This document shows, piece after piece, positions 52,856 to 63,441 of a DNA stretch of 64,000 nucleotides. Source of the DNA: an uncultured Trueperaceae bacterium (lineage in GTDB: Bacteria > Deinococcota > Deinococci > Deinococcales > Trueperaceae); contig CAWCXJ010000006.1 in NCBI GenBank assembly GCA_963799485.1, forward strand, positions 416,001 through 480,000, read 5' to 3'. A program made the translations under genes and the position numbers. Position 1 is the stretch's first letter. Each line of letters begins with the position of its first letter. Below the pieces are notes generated by a model that made no database searches, was not told the origin of the DNA, and saw only the letters and a program-made list of their open reading frames with translations.

Positions 52856-53293
52856 TTAAGGGCGCGGATATTCGACCAGCTCCACGAGTACGCCGCCCGT
52901 CCACTTGGGGTGTAAAAAGATGACTCTGGTGTTGTGCCGTCCGGGGCGCGGTTCGTTGCCGGTAAACTGTGCGCCCGCAGCGGATAAACGGGCGATGTCG
53001 GCCTCTAAACTGGAGGTACGAAACGCCGCGTGGTGCATTCCGGGGCCGCGTTTTTCCAGAAATGCTTGGAGTGGGCTTTCGGAAGTGAGGGGCTCGAGTA
53101 GTTCTACTGCACTCTCCCCGCCGCGCAGCAGCCTCACCCTGACGCCTTCGCCTACGACTTCTTCGTCGCCGCCGTCACGCACAAGTCCTAAAAGTTCATA
53201 AGTCTGGGAGGCGGTCTCGAGGTCTTTTACGGCGATACCCAAGTGGTCGAGCGGCAAGCCTAAACGAACGGCGCTCTGCACGTCACGCTGCAC
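52856..53293 (-). CDS. mce: Methylmalonyl-CoA epimerase (VOC family)
   Basis: DHLGIAV, ELLEP, FLEKRGPGMHH, FLHPK..GGVLVEL. Confidence 0.88.
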   Translation of the reverse strand: MQRDVQSAVRLGLPLDHLGIAVKDLETASQTYELLGLVRDGGDEEVVGEGVRVRLLRGGESAVELLEPLTSESPLQAFLEKRGPGMHHAAFRTSSLEADIARLSAAGAQFTGNEPRPGRHNTRVIFLHPKWTGGVLVELVEYPRP

Positions 53294-53612
53294 TTGCCGG
53301 TTTCGGAGCCATCAGCACGAGCAGCACCAACTCCGAGTCCGAATCGTTGCGGACGCCGTGCGGCACACCGGCGCGGGCAATCACGGCGCTGCCCTCGGCG
53401 AGCAGCTCTTGCTCACCGCCGACCTCGAAAAGCGCTTCGCCTTCTAAGACGACGTAGACCTTGTCTTCGGCGGTATGCGTGTGAACACGTTGCGCCTGCC
53501 CCGGCGCGAGACAGTACTGGTCGCAGAGAAACTTTTCGGACGCGAACACCGGGACTTTTTGCAGTTTATCCGCCGCAAACGACCGCTGACCGAACAGGTC
53601 TACATATTCCAT
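53283..53612 (-). CDS. Cupin-domain protein
   Basis: PGQ...HTH, PHGVRN. Confidence 0.9.
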   Translation of the reverse strand: MEYVDLFGQRSFAADKLQKVPVFASEKFLCDQYCLAPGQAQRVHTHTAEDKVYVVLEGEALFEVGGEQELLAEGSAVIARAGVPHGVRNDSDSELVLLVLMAPKPASAA

Positions 53613-53689
53613 AACTCAGCATACCCCTTTGAGGCCGCGTGCTTCACTTCTTTTTCTCATCGACAACCGCCGTAGGCAAACCCGGCAGC

Positions 53690-54478
53690 CTACGCTTTAA
53701 GGACAACCACCGACCCGACCGTTTTACCGCGAAAAACCGGCAGCGCCACCTGCACCTTCGCTTCACGGCACCCGAGCTGCGGAAGCCCGCTCCTCACCGT
53801 TTTCGCCGCGAGGTCGGTGCGGAGTTCGTCGGCTGCCTCCGCGTCTAGGTTGAGGCTCGAGTCCCGTTTCAGCGTGTGCCCGCTCACCTTCCAAATCTCA
53901 AATATCCGTGCCAGCGGCGACTCCCCCGAACTGAGGAGCAGCACCGCGCAACTTGCCGCCTGATGTTTGAACACCGGAATCCCGAGCCCGATAGAAAATC
54001 CGGCGGCGGCGGCTGCTTGCGAGCGCACAAATCCGCGTGCGTGCGAGAGTGTTTCCAACAAGACGGGTTCGCGGGCGTCGAAGGTGACACCGGGCAGCCC
54101 TTCCAAAACGCTGAACGAAGTGTGCCGACTAAGCTGCTCGAAAGATACCTGAGGGGTCGCTTGCGGGCCGTAGTAGGCGGCGCCGAGTTTTAGCACGCCG
54201 CTTACGTCGGGCCGCCAGACCTCGAGCGCTGCCGCAAACCCGCTATCGACCCGCCAGATCAGCGTTACACACGCCCGTAAACCCCCTGCATCCAAAATCG
54301 GCAAGACCAGACCGACGCCGTTTGCGCCCTGCTCCGGAAGCTCCAGGTGAAAAATGTGTGGTTGCTGTGAACTTAAACAGGCTGCCAGCGTCGGCTCCGG
54401 CGTCAGCGTACCCGCCAAAGTGAGTGGGGCGCTCACCCGGTTTCCCGAAGGTGTAAAAATTTCTGCGGTATAGAACAC
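53690..54478 (-). CDS. GAF-domain protein
   Basis: EVW, F...EGLPG, FVR...A...G...GIPV. Confidence 0.7.
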   Translation of the reverse strand: MFYTAEIFTPSGNRVSAPLTLAGTLTPEPTLAACLSSQQPHIFHLELPEQGANGVGLVLPILDAGGLRACVTLIWRVDSGFAAALEVWRPDVSGVLKLGAAYYGPQATPQVSFEQLSRHTSFSVLEGLPGVTFDAREPVLLETLSHARGFVRSQAAAAAGFSIGLGIPVFKHQAASCAVLLLSSGESPLARIFEIWKVSGHTLKRDSSLNLDAEAADELRTDLAAKTVRSGLPQLGCREAKVQVALPVFRGKTVGSVVVLKA

Positions 54479-54678
54479 TTAAGAGGGTACCTCACGTTAA
54501 AAATGGATAGAAAAGGCGCAGACCGTTCCGTGAGACTCGAGCACAAGGCAAGTTACCGCCTTACATGCTGCGTCCAGCATAGCTGTTAAACGAGCTGCCG
54601 GCAAGTTCTACCGTAAAACCTGCCACAAAACTTGACGTAACGTAAAACCTGCCGTTTGCCTCGACTATGTTCGCCACA

Positions 54679-54711
54679 TTACTTGATAGCTTTGGTCAAC
54701 TACTATAGACT
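54679..54711 (+). promoter_or_regulatory. Rrf2-type operator next to -10 TAGACT
   Basis: TTACTTGATAGCTTTGGTCAACTAC palindrome upstream of the sulfite reductase gene. Confidence 0.5.
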
Positions 54712-54865
54712 AACCGGGTGTTAGCGGTGCGCCTCGAGTCGATTAGCTTTTTTGCAGTCTTTTCTGCGACCGACCGTGGAAGTGCCGAGCTGAAGTTCGG
54801 CGCTGGTTGCCGCTCGAGCTTTTCTTGCCCTAGTTTGTAATAGTACCCACTTTAGGAGGCGCGCC

Positions 54866-56647
54866 GTGGCGAGCCCTGCCAGACCAGCCCGTAAACCCAA
54901 GTTGTCCGTCGAAGAGATCAAAGAACGCTCGAACTACCTTTCCGAAGGGGTCGCCGAGCAGGTTTTCGACCCGGAGACCGACCATGTAGACGACGCGACC
55001 TATCAGCTGCTCAAGTTCTCCGGCATGTACCAGCAAGACGACCGCGACCTCCGCAAAGTGCGGCGTCAGGAGGGGAAAGACAAGGCGTACTCGTTTATGC
55101 TCCGTTCACGCGCCCCCGCCGGACGGCTCTCGGCGGCGCAGTATCTGGTTCACGACCGCCTTGCCGATGAGGTCGGCAACGGTACGCTGCGCCTGACGAC
55201 GCGTCAAGGTATTCAGCTTCACGGCATCGTCAAGGGCGACATCCAAAAGACGATTCAGGCTTTGCACAGCGAACTCGTTACCTCGCTCGCGGCGTGCGGC
55301 GACGTCAACCGCAACGTGATGGCCTGCCCCGCGCCCGACGCGTCGCGCCGCCACGCGCTTCTAGAAGAGATCGCGGGCGAGCTCGACGCCCGCCTCTTGC
55401 CTAAAAGCGAAGCTTACTACCAGCTCTGGTTGGACGGCGAACGGCTGCCCTCGCCCGCAGCAGCGACCCCCGACTCAGTTGATGCTAAACCTGTCGCCAA
55501 AGCCGACGACACCGAACCCATTTACGGGCGCACCTACTTGCCGCGCAAGTTCAAAATCGGGCTCGCGTATCCCGAAGACAACTGCGTGGACGTTTTCACC
55601 CAGGACGTCGGTATCGTCCCGGTGATGGACGGCGAGACGCTCCGGGGCTTCAACCTGATGATCGGCGGCGGCCTCGGGATGAGCCACACCGACCCCGACA
55701 CGCGGCCCTTTTTGGCCCAACACCTGGGTTTCGTGACCCGCGAGCAGCTCGCGCGCACGGTCGAGGGCATCGTGACGGTGCAGCGCGACTTCGGCAACCG
55801 TGAGGAGCGCAAATTTGCCCGGATGAAGTGGCTCGTCGAAACGCGCGGGATTCCCTGGTTTCGGGCTGAACTGGAAAACCGTCTCGGTTTCAAGCTGGGT
55901 GACTGGGTACCTGTCGGACGCTTTACCCTGGACGACCATCTGGGCTGGCACGCCCAGGGCGACGGCAGGTTTTATTTCGGTATCTACATCGAAAACGGTC
56001 GCATCAAAGATGAGGGCGACGGTGAAAACGGTTTGCGCCTCCGCACTGCCCTGCGCGAACTTCTAACGCGCTACCCGCATGAAATCCGCATCACCGCGCA
56101 GCACAACATCTTGTTGACCAACCTCAGCGCCGACGACGAAGCGCCGCTACGCGAGCTTTTACGCGACCACGGCGTCAAGACCAAGGAGGAGATTTCGCAG
56201 GCGCGGCGGTTTGCGATGGCCTGCCCGGCGCTGCCGACCTGTGGGCTGGCTTTGGCCGAGTCCGAACGGATGCTTCCGGGTCTACTTGATGTACTCGAGG
56301 CTGAACTCGCCGAACTCGGTTTGGCAGATGAAGAGATTTCTATTCGCATGACCGGCTGCCCGAACGGGTGCGCCCGCCCGTACACCGCCGAACTCGCCTT
56401 TGTAGGCCGCTCGCTCGACAAATACAACGTTTACGTCGGCGGGTCTTTCGAGGGCACCCGGCTGGTGCAAGAATACGCCGCGATGGTTTCGGGCGGCGAT
56501 CTGGTGAAGACGGTGAAACCGCTGCTGAGCTACTGGCGCGAAGCGCGGCAAACGGGTGAACGTTTCGGTGACTTTTGCCACCGCGTCGGTTTGGCAGGGC
56601 TCCGCGAACACGCTGAGACTTACGCCGAGGGCGCGGTCGCCGCGTGA
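54866..56647 (+). CDS. Assimilatory sulfite reductase hemoprotein (Sir/CysI)
   Basis: [34 protein letters not shown]. Confidence 0.95.
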   Translation: MASPARPARKPKLSVEEIKERSNYLSEGVAEQVFDPETDHVDDATYQLLKFSGMYQQDDRDLRKVRRQEGKDKAYSFMLRSRAPAGRLSAAQYLVHDRLADEVGNGTLRLTTRQGIQLHGIVKGDIQKTIQALHSELVTSLAACGDVNRNVMACPAPDASRRHALLEEIAGELDARLLPKSEAYYQLWLDGERLPSPAAATPDSVDAKPVAKADDTEPIYGRTYLPRKFKIGLAYPEDNCVDVFTQDVGIVPVMDGETLRGFNLMIGGGLGMSHTDPDTRPFLAQHLGFVTREQLARTVEGIVTVQRDFGNREERKFARMKWLVETRGIPWFRAELENRLGFKLGDWVPVGRFTLDDHLGWHAQGDGRFYFGIYIENGRIKDEGDGENGLRLRTALRELLTRYPHEIRITAQHNILLTNLSADDEAPLRELLRDHGVKTKEEISQARRFAMACPALPTCGLALAESERMLPGLLDVLEAELAELGLADEEISIRMTGCPNGCARPYTAELAFVGRSLDKYNVYVGGSFEGTRLVQEYAAMVSGGDLVKTVKPLLSYWREARQTGERFGDFCHRVGLAGLREHAETYAEGAVAA

Positions 56648-57318
56648 GTGTGAGTAGGCCCGCTCTGGACGTCCTCGAGAAACGCGTGCTCGAGGCCAAA
56701 ACGCTTGAAACGATTCGCTGGGCGCTCGAGGGCTACCCCGACCTGCTGATGACGAGCGGCTTTAACCTAAACGGTACGGTGCTCGTTGACCTCGCCGTGC
56801 GCGCCGGGTTTCGCGGCGAACTGGTCTTTATCGACACCTTCTCGCATTTTCCCGAAACCTTGCAAACCAGAGACGAGATTGCGGTGCGTTATCCTGAAAT
56901 TACCCTGACGACGTTGACCCCAACAGCGTCGGACTTGCCCGCGTGCGGCGCGGCAAACTGCTGCACGGTGCGGAAAGTCGAACCGCTCAGGGCGTTTCTC
57001 GAGGCCAAAAAGCCCAGCGCCCTCCTGAGTGCCCGCAGCCGCTTTCAAAGTGAAACGCGGGCGATTCTCAACACGGTCGAAGACTCGGGCGACTATCTCA
57101 AGGTCAATCCGCTCGTCGACTGGACGCAAGAAGATTTGGAGACCTACGCCAAAGACTTCGAGCTGCCGGTCAATCCGCTCTACTGGCAGGGGTTCTTGAG
57201 CATCGGCTGCGCTCCGACCACGCGCGCGGTACGTGAGGGCGAAGATGTCCGCGCCGGTCGCTGGGAAGGTCAGGACAAAACCGAATGCGGGCTCTGGTGG
57301 GGTGAGAAGGCGGTCTAG
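56644..57318 (+). CDS. cysH: APS/PAPS reductase
   Basis: DT..HFPET, CC..RKVEP, SIGC, R.GRW, ECG. Confidence 0.92.
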   Translation: MSVSRPALDVLEKRVLEAKTLETIRWALEGYPDLLMTSGFNLNGTVLVDLAVRAGFRGELVFIDTFSHFPETLQTRDEIAVRYPEITLTTLTPTASDLPACGAANCCTVRKVEPLRAFLEAKKPSALLSARSRFQSETRAILNTVEDSGDYLKVNPLVDWTQEDLETYAKDFELPVNPLYWQGFLSIGCAPTTRAVREGEDVRAGRWEGQDKTECGLWWGEKAV

Positions 57319-57355
57319 GTTTTAGACTTCACGCCCGCCGCGTTACACTAAGGTT

Positions 57356-57396
57356 CCGGACGAGACGCGCCGTACCCGGTTAAGACAAGACGACGC
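57356..57396 (+). ncRNA. Guanidine-III (ykkC-III) riboswitch
   Basis: CCGGACGAG-ACGCGCCGT-ACCCGG-TTAAGACAAG-ACGACGC directly before the RBS of an SMR gene. Confidence 0.9.
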
Positions 57397-57417
57397 ACAG
57401 CTTTGAGGAGGTGCGCC

Positions 57418-57738
57418 GTGGCTTGGGTTTGGCTTATCATCGCAGGGTTTTTAGAAGTTGCCTGGGCGGTCGGGCTCAAATATACCGAAGGCTTTACGCG
57501 CCCCGCGCCGAGCGTACTGACAGCGCTGGCAATCGCAGGCAGCATGGTTCTACTTTCTGTGGCGACCAAAACACTGCCTATCGGGACGGCTTACGGGGTC
57601 TGGGTCGGTATCGGCGCATTCGGTGCCGGTCTACTCGGTATTGTCTTGTTCGGCGAAGCGGCGACGCCGGGCCGACTATTCTTTTTGGCGCTGCTCCTGG
57701 TTGCCGTTATCGGTCTCAAGGTGACGGGCGGCGCGTAA
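57418..57738 (+). CDS. gdx: Guanidinium exporter Gdx/SugE
   Basis: AWVWL.AGFLEVAWA, LPIGTAYGVWVGIG. Confidence 0.95.
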   Translation: MAWVWLIIAGFLEVAWAVGLKYTEGFTRPAPSVLTALAIAGSMVLLSVATKTLPIGTAYGVWVGIGAFGAGLLGIVLFGEAATPGRLFFLALLLVAVIGLKVTGGA

Positions 57739-57793
57739 TGCCTGAGGGGGGCGAAACCTGTAGAACGCTCTTAATAGTCCTCTAAATGGTGTT

Positions 57794-58052
57794 AAACCCC
57801 CGCCTCGAAGACGGGCGACGCTTCAGCGTGTAGATTGCGAAGATGGAGCGCTACAGCAAGGGAAGTCATACGCTCTACCACCACCGCTATCACCTGGTAT
57901 GGATCACGAAGTACCGCTACCGGGTGCTGCGGGGCGAGTTGCAGAGGCGAGTACACACGATCATCGCGCAAGTAGCTGAGGGGACAGGGGTCAAGATTCT
58001 GAACGGAGTCGTGTCGAGCGACCATAGCCACTTGTTTGTGTCGATTCCACCG
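57794..58052 (+). mobile_element. IS200/IS605 left end and truncated tnpA
   Basis: Hairpin upstream; YHLVWITKYR, DHSHLFVSIPP (HUH). Confidence 0.88.
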
Positions 58053-58745
58053 CTAAAAGCCCAAGTAGGTGAATACGGTAGAGCTATGAGCGATACCGAA
58101 CTCACAGATGAGCAGTGGAAAGTGCTCGAACCGCTGCTGCCTCCGCAACCCTCTACCGGACGCCGCCGGGAGCATGACCAAGAGGTGCTCAACAGCATCA
58201 TCTACCGGCTCAAGACAGGGATCAGGTATAAAGACTTACCCAAGACAGAGGAGTACGCAGCACGCAGCACGGTCTACTACTGGCTGAGGCGTTGGACAGA
58301 AGAAGGGGTGTGGGATGGGCTGTTCCAGAAACTCCTAGGGATACCCGACGAGGAGGGGAAGCTCAGTCTCGACGAGGGCGCATTAGACGGGAGCTTCGTC
58401 TCTGCAAAAAGGGGGGCGACAGCATCGACTATGGCTACAAAGCAAAGGGCTCAACCCTCTTAGTCGCTGGCGAAGCCCACGGCATTCCGGTCGCCTTATC
58501 TCTGGCGAGCACCAGCACCGCCGAATCAAGCGTTGCTCTCGCTGTGCTTGCAAAGATACGTGTGCCCAGACCAGGAAAGGGGCGCCCCAAAGCCCGTCTT
58601 TTAGAAATCGCTATGGACAAAGCCTATGACAGCCGTGACCGCCGGCGGTCGTTGCGGGCTCGGGGCATCCGCGCTGCCGTACCCGAAAGAAAGAGAAGCG
58701 GCAAGCGTCGCCGCAAGGGACCGAAGCCGAAATTGTACCCAGAAG
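58053..58745 (+). mobile_element. Truncated IS5-family element inserted in tnpA
   Basis: LTDEQW..LEPLLP, DGS, AAAAAGGGGGG frameshift at about 58406, DKAYD; C-terminus missing. Confidence 0.85.
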
Positions 58746-58912
58746 CTCACAACGACGATTTTCTAGGGGCCAAGGCAGTGGTGGTCAACCGGCTAACGCA
58801 GCAACTGCTCGAAAATTTTTCAGCGGACGGGGTTATTGATTGGGCCAAGCTGATTGAATACAACAGCGGGAATATTGATATCGGCAAGCTCGATGTTCGG
58901 ACCATGCCGTAA
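58746..58912 (+). pseudogene. Foreign C-terminal gene fragment, possibly an EcoO109I/PmeII-like endonuclease
   Basis: VNRLT...F..DGVIDWAKLIEYNSG; resemblance recalled from memory. Confidence 0.4.
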
Positions 58913-59097
58913 AGAGCAAAGCGGAGTTAGCTTCCGCCCGTTTTTCGCCGTTGGAACCGCCGAAAACCCGCAGCGTCAGCTGCCGGACGTACAAGCGGCA
59001 CCGCTTAACCACTTAAGCAGACGCTTTCGCCGTAAAATCCACTATCTCGTCTGTAACCCTGCGCCCGAGTAACAACCTGATACTTGCCTTCGCTTCT

Positions 59098-59709
59098 CTA
59101 CGCTTCGCGCAAATCTAGCCCGTTAAAGCGCCCCATCGCTGCCTCTTGCCCTTCTTGAAGAAGCAGCTCCACCGCGTCCGCAGCCGCGCCGACGACCGCG
59201 CGCAGTAGAGGCTGCTCCGCTTCCCTAAACCGACTCAGTACCCAGTTTTCGACCTTCCAGTTTTCGGGCGGCCTCGAGATACCCACCTTAAGCCGCGTAA
59301 ACTCCGGCCCGATCCGGCGAATCGTGTCGGCGACGCCGCGTTGTCCGCCTGCGCTGCCGCCACTTCGCAGGCGCAACCGTCCCAAAGGCAGGTCGAGGTC
59401 GTCGTGAACCACGAGCAGTTCGGCAGGGGAGAGCCTGAGCCGGGTCAGCGCGGCCTGAACTGCCGCGCCCGAGGCGTTCATAAAGGTCATGGGTTTAAGC
59501 AGTGTGAGGCCGTCCCACTTCACTTCATCCATCTGTTTGCCCTTGCGAAAAGTTAGCCCGTGACGACGTGCGAGTTCGTCAAGCACGAGAAACCCGGCGT
59601 TGTGCCGGGTTCTCATGTACTGTGGGCCGGGGTTGCCGAGCCCGACGACTATTTTGATGCTATCCGGCAGCGTCTGCCTCGTCGCTGCTTTCACCTTCAC
59701 CGTCTTCAC
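59098..59709 (-). CDS. pth: Peptidyl-tRNA hydrolase (start uncertain)
   Basis: GLGNPG..Y..TRHNAG, KPMTFMN, HDDLD. Confidence 0.96.
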   Translation of the reverse strand: MKTVKVKAATRQTLPDSIKIVVGLGNPGPQYMRTRHNAGFLVLDELARRHGLTFRKGKQMDEVKWDGLTLLKPMTFMNASGAAVQAALTRLRLSPAELLVVHDDLDLPLGRLRLRSGGSAGGQRGVADTIRRIGPEFTRLKVGISRPPENWKVENWVLSRFREAEQPLLRAVVGAAADAVELLLQEGQEAAMGRFNGLDLREA

Positions 59710-60301
59710 CGATGACTTCGGGTTCGGCGGCTTCCGCTTCGACCGGCTCGGCGGGTTCTTCGACGCGCGGCGGCAAGATGGCGATAACCGTTTCTTCAGG
59801 GTTGTCCAAAACTTCCGCTTGTGACGGCAGTTGGTCGATAACGTCGCTCAGGTGTAGCGCGTGACCGATCTCGAGCCCACTGACATCGACCTCGAGGTGT
59901 TCTTTTGGAATAAAACGCGGCAAAACGCGAATTCGCACTTCACGGCGCTGCACGTCGGTCTGGCCCCCTGCTTTGGCCCCTGCCGCAGTCCCGACAAACT
60001 CGAGTGGCACCGCAACCTCGACGGGCTGGTTCGCCGAAACCGCAAAAAAGTCGATGTGGATCGGTTGACGGCGGCGTTTGTCCATCTGCACGGCCCGAAC
60101 CAGCACGTCGTGTTCTTCGCCGTCGATGTCCAGATTGATAACGTTCGAGGTGCCCTGACTACGAAACGCTTTATCGAATTCGCGTAGCTCGAGGCTGACC
60201 GGGATATTGGTCTCTTTGTTGTAAACTACACCGGGTAAACGGCCCGCCTTGATCAGGTCGGTGGCGTTTCCGGGGGTACGCTTCTGGGCGGCTACTTTCA
60301 T
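59660..60301 (-). CDS. rplY: 50S ribosomal protein L25/Ctc
   Basis: PGVVY, HIDF, C-terminal domain, acidic tail. Confidence 0.95.
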   Translation of the reverse strand: MKVAAQKRTPGNATDLIKAGRLPGVVYNKETNIPVSLELREFDKAFRSQGTSNVINLDIDGEEHDVLVRAVQMDKRRRQPIHIDFFAVSANQPVEVAVPLEFVGTAAGAKAGGQTDVQRREVRIRVLPRFIPKEHLEVDVSGLEIGHALHLSDVIDQLPSQAEVLDNPEETVIAILPPRVEEPAEPVEAEAAEPEVIGEDGEGESSDEADAAG

Positions 60302-60323
60302 AGTGTTCTCCTACTAAGGCTGG

Positions 60324-61265
60324 TCAAACGGGAAAGAGCGAACTAACCGAAGTGTTGTCGTGAACATTGCGGATGGCGCTCGCAATCAGCCCGGCAACGG
60401 ACAAGACTTTGATTTTGGCGAGGTCGCCGTGGTACGGCACGGTATCGGTTATATAAACTTCACTGATGGCGGGGTGGGCGAGGCGCTCTAGTGCGGGCGG
60501 CGTAAAGACGGGGTGTGTGGCGACGACCCGCACGTCGGGCTGCGCGCCGAGTTCTAAAAGCGCGTCGACGGCCATCTTGATCGTCCCGGCGGTTGAAATC
60601 ATATCGTCGGCGATAATCGCGCGCATCCCCTCGACGTCGCCGATGACGTGCGTCAGGCTCGTTTCGGTAGGGCTGTTACGGCGTTTATACAAAATGGCGA
60701 TAGGCAGCCCCAAATGATTGGCGAGCCGCCGCGCTTCGGTCGCGCGGCCCACGTCCGGCGAGACGACGACGGTATCGCTGAGGTCTTGTTGCTCCAGATG
60801 CTTGCCTAAAATGCCGAGCGCGGTCAGGTGATCGACCGGCACGTCGAAAAAACCTTGAACTTGTCCGGCGTGGAGGTCAACGGCGATCACCCGGTCGACG
60901 CCTGCTTTCTCGAGCAAATTCGCCACGAGTTTGCCGGTGATAGGTTCACGCGGTTGGATTTTTTTGTCCTGCCGGGCGTAGCCGAAATACGGAATGACCG
61001 CGTTGATCCGCCACGCCGAAGCGCGCCGGAGCGCGTCGACGAAGACGAGCAGTTCCATCAAATTGTGGTTGACCGGCGAACAGGTCGACTGCACGATGTA
61101 GCAGTCTGCGCCGCGAACCGACTCGTCGATCAAAACGCGCGTTTCACCGTCGGGAAAGCTCGTTGCCCAGCCTTTAGAGAGCGTGCTGCCCAGATGCCTG
61201 GCAACCGACGCCGCCAAGTCGGGGGTCGCGCTACCGCAAAAGATACGTACTTCGTCACCAATCAC
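60324..61265 (-). CDS. prs: Ribose-phosphate pyrophosphokinase
   Basis: FPDGE, PYFGYARQDKK, DLHAGQ, DDMISTAGT. Confidence 0.98.
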   Translation of the reverse strand: MIGDEVRIFCGSATPDLAASVARHLGSTLSKGWATSFPDGETRVLIDESVRGADCYIVQSTCSPVNHNLMELLVFVDALRRASAWRINAVIPYFGYARQDKKIQPREPITGKLVANLLEKAGVDRVIAVDLHAGQVQGFFDVPVDHLTALGILGKHLEQQDLSDTVVVSPDVGRATEARRLANHLGLPIAILYKRRNSPTETSLTHVIGDVEGMRAIIADDMISTAGTIKMAVDALLELGAQPDVRVVATHPVFTPPALERLAHPAISEVYITDTVPYHGDLAKIKVLSVAGLIASAIRNVHDNTSVSSLFPV

Positions 61266-61770
61266 CGGCTGACCTCACGGGTAACGCCCTGTATAAAGCC
61301 AAGGCTGACCCGGCTGAGTACGGGTGTTTTTAGGGGATAAACCAAGGCTGACCTCACAAGCGTCCCAAAATGTCACACAAAAAAGCTGCCCAAGGTGAGC
61401 AGAGTGCCAAAGGGGAGTATACACAAAAAAGCCGGTTCGGGGCAATGAAGTGTACGCAAGTTTAGCTTGCGCCGTGGTTTTAAGGTGAGTTCTCGAGCAC
61501 AACGCCGAATATACGAAGATGTGCCGCCCGGGTTTATCTTCGTCACACCTAAGTCGTTTTGCAAAACTTTGTGACCACCGTAAACTGACCGTACAAAAAC
61601 TCTTGCTGCGCGAACTGCCCAGAAACACCTCACGAACATTCCCGTCCACGCGACGCCGGTTACTAAGTGCCACAAATACTTCAGCGCTACAAAGACTTGT
61701 GTAAACGGCGTGAGCCAAGCATAAAACAGCGCCCGACGAGATAGTGGACGCTGCCTGCTCTTAATGCCGA

Positions 61771-63441
61771 CTATCTCGCGTACTGCACGGCTCTCGACTC
61801 GCGCACGACCGTAACCTGCACCTGCCCCGGATACTCCATATCCTGCTCGATGCGGTTGGCGATGTCGCGGGCCAACAAGACTGCCGAGGCGTCGTCAACT
61901 TTTTCAGGTTCGACAATGATGCGGATTTCGCGGCCTGCTTGGATGGCATACGACTTTTCGACGCCGGGGAAGCTCGTGGCAATGGTTTCCAGACCCTCGA
62001 GCCGTTTCAAATAGCTTTCCAAACTTTCGCGCCGCGCCCCCGGACGCGCCGCGCTGATGGCGTCGGCGGCGGCGACGATAATCGGATAGAGCGTTTCGGC
62101 AAGCTCCAGCTCGTGATGGTTGGCAACCGCGTCTAACACCTCTTGGGGTTCACCGAAACGCCGCGCTAAGTTCGCACCGATTTCGGTGTGGGTTCCCTCG
62201 ATCTCACGGTCGATGGATTTGCCGATGTCATGCAGAAGTCCGGCGCGCCTCGCGAGCGCCTCATCGAGCCCGATTTCAGCGGCGATGATGCCCGTCATGT
62301 GGGCGACCTGGACAGAATGTTTAAGGACGTTTTGCCCATACGAGGTGCGAAAATGCATCCGGCCTAGAAGTTGTAGCATCCCCGGTTTGAGCCCGACGAC
62401 GTTGGCTTCCAAAGCGGCCTCGTCACCGCGTTCACGGATATAGCCCTGCATGTCGTTTTGCGCTTTGTGCACGGTTTCTTCGATGCGGGCCGGGTGAATA
62501 CGTCCGTCGGTGACGAGTTCGGTCAGCGCAAGTTTGGCGACCTCGCGGCGTATGGGATTAAACGAGCTTAAGAGGACGGCCTCGGGTGTGTCGTCGATAA
62601 TCAGGTCGACGCCGGTCAACGATTCAAATGCCCGGATATTGCGCCCCTCACGTCCGATGATACGGCCCTTCATCGCGTCGCTGGGAATCGGCACGACCGA
62701 CACACTGATCGCCGCCGAGACCTCGCTGGCGCTCCGCTGGATAGCCTGCGCGATGATATTGGTGCTTTTGCGTTTCGCCTCGGCGTCGGCCTTGTCGAGT
62801 TCGGCGCGGATACGCACGGCTTTTTCGCGCTCGAGTTCACTGCCGAGTTGGTTCATGATGATTTCGGTTGCGCTTTCGCGGGTCAGCTGGGCTATTTCAT
62901 AAAGCCTGGTTTCGATTTCGCTGCGTTGCCGCGCCAGCTCGCCCGCTTGCACCTTGAGCGCGTCTGCACGTTCGTCGAGCTGCGTTTCGACGTCGTCGAG
63001 TTTAAGCGCCCGCGTGTCCTGCTGTTCGCCGCGCCGGGTCAGGCGCTCTTCGGTCAAATCGAGACGTTCGCGGTCACGGCGGAGTTCGTCTCTCGCCTCG
63101 CGGATACGCTCCCCTTCACGTTGCACCTCGTTTTGAATACGACCCAAGTCGAGTTCGGCAGTCTGCCGCTCACGTGCAAGGTCGGCTTGCAGCGCGTTTC
63201 GGGCACGCACCGCCTCGTCCTCGAGTCTCGCCCTGGCTCCCTCGAGCAGTTCGTCGCGCTGCCTCTGTGCGCCCTGCAAAACGCGCTGCACTTCGTCTTG
63301 AGCGCTGCGCCGGAGCGCGTCGGCTTCGGCCTGGGCGCGTACCAGCAGTTCCGTATCGCGCCGCTGCCGCAGTAAAAACCCGACTGCGCCGCCGATTGCG
63401 AGTCCCAAAAAGAGGAGCAAGACGCCTACAAACACGCTCAT
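61771..63441 (-). CDS. rny: Ribonuclease Y
   Basis: TM, coiled coil, KH ([11 protein letters not shown]), HD domain. Confidence 0.98.
   Translation of the reverse strand: MSVFVGVLLLFLGLAIGGAVGFLLRQRRDTELLVRAQAEADALRRSAQDEVQRVLQGAQRQRDELLEGARARLEDEAVRARNALQADLARERQTAELDLGRIQNEVQREGERIREARDELRRDRERLDLTEERLTRRGEQQDTRALKLDDVETQLDERADALKVQAGELARQRSEIETRLYEIAQLTRESATEIIMNQLGSELEREKAVRIRAELDKADAEAKRKSTNIIAQAIQRSASEVSAAISVSVVPIPSDAMKGRIIGREGRNIRAFESLTGVDLIIDDTPEAVLLSSFNPIRREVAKLALTELVTDGRIHPARIEETVHKAQNDMQGYIRERGDEAALEANVVGLKPGMLQLLGRMHFRTSYGQNVLKHSVQVAHMTGIIAAEIGLDEALARRAGLLHDIGKSIDREIEGTHTEIGANLARRFGEPQEVLDAVANHHELELAETLYPIIVAAADAISAARPGARRESLESYLKRLEGLETIATSFPGVEKSYAIQAGREIRIIVEPEKVDDASAVLLARDIANRIEQDMEYPGQVQVTVVRESRAVQYAR

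Noticed and set aside
61266..61360. Three GGCTGACC repeats upstream of prs
   Set aside because: Short and irregularly spaced; most simply a local duplication of the RBS region.
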